Source: a virus
DNA: 64,000 bases
Strand: one strand, 5' to 3'
Virus record (IMG/VR): IMGVR_UViG_3300045988_165705
A program made the position numbers and the translations under genes. Shown in pieces: positions 54,580 through 62,075 of the stretch (the stretch's first letter is position 1; every line of letters begins with the position of its first letter). The notes beneath the pieces were generated by a model. That model worked only from the letters and a program-made list of their open reading frames with translations. It made no database searches and was not told where the DNA came from.

Positions 54580-55239
54580 ATGCCAAACTGTTTGGATAGT
54601 ATGCCATGGCGTTCCTTAAAGGGGCTTGGAAAATATGCGGCTGATTTCTTGCAGCTCGGAGATTACCGCAATGTTGTGCTGAAGAACGGTGCGCAGGTTC
54701 AGTTTCGCATCATCGGCTTCAATCACGACAAGACGAGCGACGGTTCTTTGGCTCCTATCTCTTGGGAGATGGTGGATTGTCTGCCTAACACTTACCCCTG
54801 GAACAGGCGCGACACCAATGAAGGGTCGTGGGAAGCAACGCAGATTCGCCATCGGCTCAACGATGCGGATGGCGACATTCATCGTCTGATTCCCGACGAG
54901 ATTTTGGATGTTGTCACACCAGTCATTAAGCAGACAGCTGATGTGTACACTGGCGAGAATCGTATTATCGAGACGCTGGACTCTTTCTGGATAAAGTCTG
55001 AGAAGGAATTGTATGGACGCAATATTTACTCCGCTCCCGGTGAGGGACATTGGTACGAGTGGTATCGTCAGGAAGATGTCGCATGGTTTAAGCTCCGCAA
55101 CGGCAATCCTGAGTACACCATGTTGCGTTCTCCTATTTCTGGCGACAGCCGTTTTTTCTGTTGTGTCTACGGCTCCGGCGGCGCCAGCCGTTACTACGCC
55201 AGCTACAGTTGTGGCGTCGCTTTCGGCTTCTGCACTTAA
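54580..55239 (+). CDS. DUF6273-like lectin-fold protein carrying a DGR-type variable C-terminus
   Basis: GGAGG RBS. N-terminal half (LGDYRNVVL...FRIIGFNHD...ISWEMVD...W..T.IR..LN) and C-terminal LRSPISGDSRFFCCVYGSGGASRYYASYSCGVAFGFCT fit the ...WLRSP...GV.P.F.. domain type. The last 115 nt repeat at 35895-36009. Confidence 0.75.
   Translation: MPNCLDSMPWRSLKGLGKYAADFLQLGDYRNVVLKNGAQVQFRIIGFNHDKTSDGSLAPISWEMVDCLPNTYPWNRRDTNEGSWEATQIRHRLNDADGDIHRLIPDEILDVVTPVIKQTADVYTGENRIIETLDSFWIKSEKELYGRNIYSAPGEGHWYEWYRQEDVAWFKLRNGNPEYTMLRSPISGDSRFFCCVYGSGGASRYYASYSCGVAFGFCT
55125..55239 (+). repeat. Variable-repeat-like segment, copy 1 (partner 35895..36009)
   Basis: See the partner entry. The invariant stretches GTTTTTTCTGTTGTGTCT and GTTGTGGCGTCGCTTTCGGCTTCTGC contain no adenine at all. 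Confidence 0.8.
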
Positions 55240-55240
55240 A

Positions 55241-55268
55241 GCTGCATGGCGTAGCCATCAGCTTTTGC
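55241..55268 (+). terminator. Hairpin plus T-tract immediately after the variable repeat
   Basis: GCTG(C)ATGGC-gta-GCCATCAGC followed by TTTTGCC, starting 2 nt after the stop codon. Confidence 0.55.
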
Positions 55269-55431
55269 CCGAACCAGCAAAATCAAATGGCTTTTTACAA
55301 GCGCCCGGCGCTCCGCAAAGGAGACCGGGCGCGTTTCATACCCACAACGGCTCCAACCTCCTCGTGGTGTGGGCGGATAACCGAAAGGCGAACAAATAGG
55401 AGTACATCAGTATTGAAGGAGTACATACATC

Positions 55432-55830
55432 ATGGCAAAAATCACTATCGCAGGCGACGCAGCTGTCGTAACTTCCGCAATGAAGCTGGAGGACATCAAG
55501 ACCATTGAGAAGTATCGTCCCAAGGAGCTGGTTCTCAAGGGTGGCGAGGACGGCAAGGAGCCTATCTTCGCTGTGGGTACCACCAATGGTGCCGGTAACA
55601 TCAACGCTTTCGGTGCTTCTTTCGGCGCTGAGACCCGCGACGATGAGAAGCTGGCGTGCATCACCCTGTTCCTCGACGGCGTGACCGGCGATGTTAAGGA
55701 CTGGGTCGCTGACCGTCTGGGCGCCGCCATCATCAGCCTCAACAAGCTTGAGGAGAAGCTGCCTGCCGTCCTCGATGAGATTGCGGCTGAGAAGGCAAAT
55801 GTGCTGAGCAACATCACGGTCGCTCAGTAA
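55432..55830 (+). CDS. Hypothetical protein
   Basis: GAAGGAG RBS. 132 aa. Followed by hairpin GGGGCGGC-tcat-GCCGCCCC (55845-55864). Confidence 0.65.
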   Translation: MAKITIAGDAAVVTSAMKLEDIKTIEKYRPKELVLKGGEDGKEPIFAVGTTNGAGNINAFGASFGAETRDDEKLACITLFLDGVTGDVKDWVADRLGAAIISLNKLEEKLPAVLDEIAAEKANVLSNITVAQ

Positions 55831-55910
55831 TCACTGGTCGCAAAGGGGCGGCTCATGCCGCCCCCCTTCCGTTCACAACAAAACAAATTTTGAATTAAAG
55901 GAGAAACATT

Positions 55911-56138
55911 ATGATTAAGGTTACTGTTGGCAACAATGTCAAGCGCGAGTCCGTTATCATCGACGAGTCCACCACCCTGCGTGCCTGTCTGGAGGCGAAC
56001 GGTGTTGACTATACCCGTGGCGTCATGCACCTCGACGGGTCTTCCCTGAACCCCGGCGACCTCGACAAGACCTTCGCTCAGTTCGGTATCACCGAGAAGT
56101 GCTTCCTGCTGAATGTGGTCAAGGCCGATAACGCCTGA
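55911..56138 (+). CDS. Small ThiS/MoaD/ubiquitin-like (beta-grasp) candidate
   Basis: 75 aa. MIKVTVGNN..ESVIIDESTTLRACLEANGVD......LDGSSL.PGDLDKTF.....EKCFLLNVVK follows the strand-helix-strand pattern and the L.(D/P)GD motif of ThiS-like proteins. The C-terminus is ...KADNA, with no GG. Confidence 0.45.
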   Translation: MIKVTVGNNVKRESVIIDESTTLRACLEANGVDYTRGVMHLDGSSLNPGDLDKTFAQFGITEKCFLLNVVKADNA

Positions 56139-56160
56139 TTCACAAGCAATAGACCAATTG

Positions 56161-56186
56161 AGCCGCCCATTCGGGCGGCTCTTTCT
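56161..56186 (+). terminator. Rho-independent terminator
   Basis: AGCCGCCC-attc-GGGCGGCT followed by CTTTCT. Confidence 0.7.
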
Positions 56187-56188
56187 AT

Positions 56189-56273
56189 GGGGAATTGGCG
56201 GAACAGGCAGACGCTGCGGACTTAAAATCCGCTGGTGCATACCATATCGGTTCGACTCCGATATTCCCCACCA
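56189..56273 (+). tRNA. tRNA-Leu: tRNA-Leu (TAA)
   Basis: Acceptor GGGGAAT/ATTCCCC. Anticodon arm GCGGA-CTTAAAA-TCCGC. Long variable arm. T-arm ATCGG-TTCGACT-CCGAT. CCA encoded. Confidence 0.9.
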
Positions 56274-56301
56274 TATAACAAAATGAATAGAGGTGTTCCT
56301 A

Positions 56302-57761
56302 TGTTCAAAACAAGCATTTCGTCAACGCCGTTTACCACGGAAGCTGCCAATAGCTACTTTACCAACATCACCGGCGGTGCTTTCGGCAACGACTGCTCTT
56401 TCCTTGCGACGCTTCGTGCCTTAGTTGCACCTCGAATCAAAGAGGGAGAGTCCGTCAATCTGCTGTTCGGCTCTTCTGATTATACGGCAGACACGATTCG
56501 TAGTGTTCCGGCGGACAGAGCCGTTTCGGCTATCTGCAACAACTATGATATGAGCGCAACCGGTCAGGTTATTATTCATAGTTTGCGGGCAGACTCGGAC
56601 AGCAATCTTGCCAACATGAAAATCATCGCCGACAAGTTTGCCTCTGTGTATGCGGGGTATCATCGCCTCGAAAAGTTCGCAGAGTTCTACCGCAAGTCTT
56701 TTGCTGTGGATTGCTACATCAACCCTGAGCTTAAGAGCGTTATTATCTTTGCGGACAATCTCGACATCCGTAAAATGCATTACTTGCAGGTTTCCATCCT
56801 TGCATTCCTGCCGTGGTATCTGAACCAGCAGGAGGGCATCACCGAGGATGAGCTTGCGTTGGTCAAGTCCCTTCGTGAAAAGAACTCGGAAGAGTATGAA
56901 CACTGTCTTGCCAAGCTTGCGGAACGGTATGATTTCCGAACTGCAAGAATCCGTCAATTGCTGAAGGGGTTTGAGACCCGCTACGAGCAGATTGAGTGTG
57001 ACCGGGTCAGACAGATGATTCAGAACATCGACCGAGAAATTACCCGTCTGAATGACAACATCGGTGAGCAGTTCACAAAGCGTAACGAACAGTGCATTCG
57101 CTTGCTGGGTCTTGAGCAGAAAGTTGCCGATGGCGGTGAGGACTCCGAAATCATGGAGTACTTCCTGTGCAATACCAAGCTGGTTCTGGAGCGAGTGACC
57201 AACACCGATATGTATTTCACAGTCAAGGATTGCCTGGAGTATTTCGACCGGGATATGGCGGAGCAAATCATCAATCGTGCTACCAGTTTTGTGTACCGTC
57301 CTGATGGTGGTTCCGGCCACACAGGCGCAGCCGCTGAAAAGATGAAGAAGCTGATGACCGAAATCTTTGTCAGCGAGGAGCCGCGTCTGAAAATCCGTGT
57401 CTGTGCATCGTATCGCTTTGACCTCAATGGTAGTGTTTCTCCGCAGGGACATCGAAGCTTTGGCGCGGAGTACGCTGATTACCTTCCCAATCCCCATATC
57501 AACGACTACAACTGCATGGGCAACTATACCACCACTATCAACAGGCTCCTCAAAAATCACGATTACATCGGTGCTTTGGAGCAGTGTATTGCTTCTTGTA
57601 AGAGCCTTAACTGGGGCGACTCTGCGGTCATGACTTCGTTTATGCGGTCTATGTGGGGCAACGGCAGCAACAATCGCTGCATTGAACTGCCTGATGGTCG
57701 TGTTGTAAAACCCAACGAAGCCATCACTTGGTTGGAGCAGCAAGCACAGACAAATGAGTAA
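56302..57761 (+). CDS. Hypothetical 486-aa protein (possible E2-like C-terminal region)
   Basis: Start moved past the tRNA to the ATG after AGAGGTG. The only functional hint is LPNPHINDYNCMGNY, which loosely recalls the E2 HPN...C active-site pattern. It sits between the Ubl candidate and the JAB gene. Confidence 0.65.
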
Positions 57762-57777
57762 GCGGAGGAGGCGCAAA

Positions 57778-58737
57778 ATGAGTAAACCCATTAAGATGAC
57801 CGAGCAATACATGGCTGAGTGCCGTGCAGATTTTGAAAAGGCTTTGCAGCTCACAAAGCTGGCAGATGGGAAACTGTCTTTCACAAAGGTGTTCACCTGT
57901 GGTGACAGAAAAGCAACCGTTTTCTTCACCGCTGGGGCATGGGCAAAGATGGCGCTCCTTATCAAGGAATTCGATAAGGAGGTCGCTTGGCATGGTGTTG
58001 CGCATCGTGCAGCCGACGAAGCCGTAGATGAGTACATCATCGAAGACATCGTGGTTTATCCGCAGGAGGTCTCCGGAACCACGGTTGAGATGGACACTGA
58101 GAAGTACGCTGAGTGGTTGATGCAGAACGCAGACGATGAGCGCTTCAACAACATTCATATGCAGGGACATTCCCATGTCAATATGCCGACCAGCCCGTCC
58201 TCTGTAGACCTTAATCATCAGGAGGAAATCCTCAATATGCTGGGGGACGATGATTTCTACATCTTCATGATTTGGAACAAGTCGTTTGTCAGTACAAATA
58301 AAATCTATGACCTCAAGAAGAATGTCCTGTTTGAAGATAAGGACATCACCGTCAAGCTTGAGGGTGAACATGAGGGGCTGGCTGAGTTCCTCAAGACCGC
58401 CAAAGATATGGTCAAGCAGAAAAGCTATACCTATGGGAGCTATGGCGGATATAGCGGGTACAGTGGCAACCGCCCACCTTATTCTGTCACCCCCTATAAT
58501 CCTCTTCCGGACAGCAAAAAGGATGAGAAAGAAGATAAGGGCGACAAGAAGTCCGATAAGAAGTCTGACGACAAGAAATCGGACAAGAAGTCCGAAAAGG
58601 CCGAGAAGCCGCGCACAAGAATCGGCGCAGGCTGGCAGGGAAAGAATGCCTGTCAGCAGTCCATGTGGGACGAAGATGACGATGATTCTGTGTACCCCTA
58701 CGGCGGCTACAGCGACCAGTATCTTGGAGGTGAATGA
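57778..58737 (+). CDS. JAB/MPN (JAMM) metalloprotease with low-complexity C-terminal tail
   Basis: YPQEVSG (Glu) followed by GHSHVNMPTSPSSVD, which is H-x-H-x7-S-x2-D. GGAGGAGG RBS before the ATG at 57778. The C-terminal about 100 aa are Gly/Tyr/Ser-rich and then Lys/Asp/Ser-rich, ending in YLGGE. Confidence 0.8.
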   Translation: MSKPIKMTEQYMAECRADFEKALQLTKLADGKLSFTKVFTCGDRKATVFFTAGAWAKMALLIKEFDKEVAWHGVAHRAADEAVDEYIIEDIVVYPQEVSGTTVEMDTEKYAEWLMQNADDERFNNIHMQGHSHVNMPTSPSSVDLNHQEEILNMLGDDDFYIFMIWNKSFVSTNKIYDLKKNVLFEDKDITVKLEGEHEGLAEFLKTAKDMVKQKSYTYGSYGGYSGYSGNRPPYSVTPYNPLPDSKKDEKEDKGDKKSDKKSDDKKSDKKSEKAEKPRTRIGAGWQGKNACQQSMWDEDDDDSVYPYGGYSDQYLGGE

Positions 58738-58739
58738 TA

Positions 58740-59417
58740 ATGGCAATGGATTTGTCCAAAAGCTACGAGTATTTCCAGCCTGAAAAGGTAGAGGCTCGCA
58801 TCAATATCGTCGGATGCGGTTCTGTCGGCGCAACGCTGGCAGAGAACCTTGTCCGTCTTGGCATTACCAATCTCGCTCTGTGGGATATGGATGTCGTGAA
58901 TCCGCATAATCTGGCAAATCAGATTTTCCGTCAGCAGGATATTGGCCGCCCCAAGGTGGAAGCATTGGCAGATATCCTGTTTGAAATCAATCCTGAAATC
59001 AAGGATGACCTCAAGCTTTATGCCAAGGGGTGGAGCGGGCAGCAGCTCTCCGGATATGTCTTCCTTTGCGTAGACAATATCGAACTGCGCCGCCAGATTG
59101 TTGAAAAGCACTTCGACAATCCCTATGTCAAAGCGATGCTGGATTTCCGCACTCTGCTGGAATCTGCGCAGCATTATGCTGCTGACTGGTCTGACTACAA
59201 GATGAAGAAAGACCTGCTGAACTCCATGAGCTTCAGTCATGAAGAAGCAGCCGAGGAAACGCCAGTCTCCGCTTGCGGCATTACGCTGGGTGTCGCCCCC
59301 ACCGTCAGAGCTATCTGCGCACTTGGCGTTGCCAACTTTGTCAACTTCATTCGTGGAAAAGGATTGAAAAAGCTTATCATTCTGGATGCGTTCAACTTTA
59401 TGTTGGACGCTTTTTAA
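58740..59417 (+). CDS. ThiF/MoeB/E1-like adenylyltransferase
   Basis: Rossmann motif INIVGCGSVGA, LWDMDVVNPHNLANQ and DIGRPKVEAL match the E1-like nucleotide-binding core. 225 aa, a short E1 like those on mobile elements. Its start overlaps the end of the JAB gene. Confidence 0.8.
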   Translation: MAMDLSKSYEYFQPEKVEARINIVGCGSVGATLAENLVRLGITNLALWDMDVVNPHNLANQIFRQQDIGRPKVEALADILFEINPEIKDDLKLYAKGWSGQQLSGYVFLCVDNIELRRQIVEKHFDNPYVKAMLDFRTLLESAQHYAADWSDYKMKKDLLNSMSFSHEEAAEETPVSACGITLGVAPTVRAICALGVANFVNFIRGKGLKKLIILDAFNFMLDAF

Positions 59418-59451
59418 TCAGCAATGAAAAACGAAAGGAGGGCGGTGCATT

Positions 59452-60261
59452 ATGGATACTACCGTCGAACGCCTTAAGGTCGGGACACCGGTCATCATTG
59501 GTTCTTACGGTGTCAACAACGATGAGCCGCACCCTGTTGTTTGGCTGAAAGGTAGTCCAAACTGCGATTTTATCACCGAGTGCGCCGTGGATTATCTTTG
59601 CTTTGATGCACCGGAAAGAACTGGAGACGGCAGGTGCAATCTTGGCAATCCCGACTATCGTCTGTCCAATATTCATACATACCTAAACAGCGACAGAGAC
59701 GATTGGTTTCGCAAAACTCATGAAGCAGATGCCCCTCCGAATAATGTTTTCAGCAACCGAGCACAAAGCTATCGCAACCATTATGGGTTTCTATATTTCT
59801 TTGAAGATTATGAACTCGATAGCTTGCAGATGCAGCAGTATGTGGTTGATGGTGAGACGCTCAGTTCCATCATTCGACTTCCTACTATCACCGATATCCT
59901 TGATGACCAGTTGAAGCTGAAGCTGTTTTCCAAGAAGGGTATTCGTCCCAAAGCAACAGAAGACTGTGCTGATAAAAAAGGCCGGTTTGGTAATTTCAGT
60001 TGGGAGTCTTACATGAACTTCTGGTTGGCAGGCAAGCAGGATGAATTCAGAGGCTATGCTTTGACTCTTAGTAGGTCTGGGTATTGTGAGAGGAAATATC
60101 CCCGTGACTGTGCGGGGCTTAGGCCGATGTGCCGGTTGAAACCGGAAACAGTGGTAGAGGTTGATGAAAACGGCGTAGCCCACATCAAACCATACGCATT
60201 GAAAAACGAAACCTGCACAGATGCAGAACTGTTCGAGCTATTAGGTGTGGCGCAGCCTTAA
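59452..60261 (+). CDS. DUF6273-like lectin-fold protein (third paralogue, no shared variable repeat)
   Basis: LKVGTPVIIGSYGVNNDEPHPVVWLKG...L.....IHTYLNSD and C-terminal FWLAG......GYALTLSRSGY.......CAGLRPMCRL fit the same domain type as 54580..55239. There is no nucleotide identity to the 115-nt repeat. Confidence 0.7.
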   Translation: MDTTVERLKVGTPVIIGSYGVNNDEPHPVVWLKGSPNCDFITECAVDYLCFDAPERTGDGRCNLGNPDYRLSNIHTYLNSDRDDWFRKTHEADAPPNNVFSNRAQSYRNHYGFLYFFEDYELDSLQMQQYVVDGETLSSIIRLPTITDILDDQLKLKLFSKKGIRPKATEDCADKKGRFGNFSWESYMNFWLAGKQDEFRGYALTLSRSGYCERKYPRDCAGLRPMCRLKPETVVEVDENGVAHIKPYALKNETCTDAELFELLGVAQP

Positions 60262-60273
60262 AATGCGCCATTG

Positions 60274-60597
60274 AACTGTAACGAATTACCCTTTTCGGGG
60301 GCTTCACGCCAAAGGCTGAAGTAACAAATTGTCGGGGAGGAAAACACCGCCTGCCCAGAAGGGTAACCAGCGACTCCTCCGGAGTCATCAGGTGCTTTGG
60401 ACATCCACCAGGAAACCAACAGCCGGAATAGCACAGCAGACCTGGCTTGTCAAGTCCTATCCTTCACAAAACCCACCCAAATCACGACAATTATCCTCAA
60501 CTCAACTAAAAAGATACAGGCAAATGCAGCTCACTCAGCTCGCTGCAGATGAGCTTCTTTTGATTCAAACGCAGCAACACTCATGTAGGTTACAGTT
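60274..60597 (+). ncRNA. Retron msr/msd-like ncRNA module 1
   Basis: Terminal inverted repeat AACTGTAAC (60274-60282) / GTTACAGTT (60589-60597), with G at 60283. Hairpin CTTCA-CGCCAAAGGC-TGAAG (60302-60321), then GTAACAA. TGTAGGTT lies before the 3' repeat. The module ends 7-28 nt before the RT start. Confidence 0.6.
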
Positions 60598-60624
60598 ACG
60601 ACTATGAAAAGGAGGCATAGGGCG

Positions 60625-61761
60625 ATGGTATATATCACGGTCATGCAATCCCCGATTTATCACCAAATGACACTGGAAGAGTTCCTCTTTCAAAACTTCC
60701 AAGCGCCAACCATATTAAACACAAATGTTTCTAATACACGAACCTATGCATATGAAACGGTAAGTGAGCATTTCACAAGCCGCATTGATACGAACGCTCT
60801 TATCTGCAAACTGGTGCGCTTTAATGAGCAAACGGAGGCGCTTCGCGCACAGGAACGCAGTACTTTGTATGAAACATTCCACATCCCCAAAAAGTCTGGT
60901 GGTTTGCGTCGTATTGATGCTCCTAAACCGGAGCTGATGAACGCATTGCGGAATCTCAAGACTATTTTTGAAGAAGATTTCCATGCATTGTATCACACTT
61001 CTGCATTCGCCTATGTAAAAAACAGATGTACGGTTGATGCGGTCAAGCGCCATCAGAAAAACAACAGCAAATGGTTCGGCAAGCTGGATTTGCACGATTT
61101 CTTTGGTAGCACCACGCTGGATTATGTTATCAAAATGTTTTCTATGGTGTTCCCATTCAGCGAAATCGTAAAGTTTCCCAACGGCGAGGCAGAGTTGCGG
61201 AAGGCCTTGGATTTGGCTTTTCTCAATGGAGGTCTGCCGCAGGGAACTCCACTTTCTCCGCTGATTACCAATGTGATGATGATTCCTGTTGACTATAAGC
61301 TTGCCAATGCATTCCGTGATTTTGACAAGCAGCGGTTCATTTACACCAGATATGCCGATGACTTCATCATTTCGTCTAAGGTTGATTTCGATGTGCATCG
61401 TGTAGAAAAACTCGTGGTGGATACGCTGCATGAATTTGGAGCGCCGTTCACCATCAACGAAAGCAAAACGAGATACGGCTCTTCCGCAGGTCGTAACTGG
61501 AATCTTGGTGTTATGCTCAACAAGGACAATGAAATTACTGTCGGCCATAAGAAGAAGCGCCAGTTCCAGTCCATGCTTTACAACTACATTACCGATAAAC
61601 GCAAGGGCATCTCGTGGCCGAGAGAAGATGTGCAAACTATGCAGGGCTTACATAGCTACTATCGCATGGTAGAGCCGGAGACTATCGATGCCATCGTGAA
61701 GCACACCAACGAAAAAATGGAGACAGATGTCCTGCGGCTTATCAAAGACGATTTAAGATAA
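60625..61761 (+). CDS. Retron-type reverse transcriptase
   Basis: Motifs IPKKSGGLRRIDAP, AFAYVKNRCTVDAVKRH (NAxxH-like), KLDLHDFFGST, GLPQGTPLSPLITN, YTRYADDFIISS, INESKTRY and LGVMLNKDNEITVGHKKKRQ (region-Y-like). It has QG..SP, not the DGR (I/L)G...SQ motif. Start placed at the ATG 9 nt after AAGGAGG; the ATG at 60604 is also possible. Confidence 0.85.
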   Translation: MVYITVMQSPIYHQMTLEEFLFQNFQAPTILNTNVSNTRTYAYETVSEHFTSRIDTNALICKLVRFNEQTEALRAQERSTLYETFHIPKKSGGLRRIDAPKPELMNALRNLKTIFEEDFHALYHTSAFAYVKNRCTVDAVKRHQKNNSKWFGKLDLHDFFGSTTLDYVIKMFSMVFPFSEIVKFPNGEAELRKALDLAFLNGGLPQGTPLSPLITNVMMIPVDYKLANAFRDFDKQRFIYTRYADDFIISSKVDFDVHRVEKLVVDTLHEFGAPFTINESKTRYGSSAGRNWNLGVMLNKDNEITVGHKKKRQFQSMLYNYITDKRKGISWPREDVQTMQGLHSYYRMVEPETIDAIVKHTNEKMETDVLRLIKDDLR

Positions 61762-61792
61762 TCCCTTTGGCGGTTTGGGGTTAAACCGCCAT

Positions 61793-62066
61793 TTCCTGTA
61801 ATGGATAATTGCGAAAGCAATGCTTATCGCCAAAGGCATAAGTAACAACTTGCTGGGAAGGAACACCCCGCCTCTTCCTGAAGACCGGCTGCCGACGCGG
61901 CTGCGACCCAATCGGGCTCGGCATCAAGCATGGAAAATAGAGTCAACGGTCATTGCGGCACAATGAATCCCACACCAGCAGAGAATTAAAATAGGAACTA
62001 ACCGCACCTGCAATGCGCTCCAGGCGCCTCGCATCCGGCACGCTTATCCTATGTAGATTACAGGAA
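61793..62066 (+). ncRNA. Retron msr/msd-like ncRNA module 2
   Basis: TTCCTGTAAT (61793-61802) / ATTACAGGAA (62057-62066), with G at 61803. GNRA hairpin ATTGC-GAAA-GCAAT. Hairpin CTTAT-CGCCAAAGGC-ATAAG (61823-61842), then GTAACAA. TGTAGATT lies before the 3' repeat. Confidence 0.6.
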
Positions 62067-62075
62067 CACCAAAAT

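Noticed and set aside
60625-61761. RT as the DGR reverse transcriptase for the variable repeats
   Set aside because: Motif 4 reads LPQGTPLSP (retron/group II style) rather than the DGR-specific (I/L)GxxxSQ. No Avd-like gene and no template repeat homologous to the 115-nt segment are found in the flanking ncRNA modules or any other intergenic region. The link is kept only as an open question in the findings.
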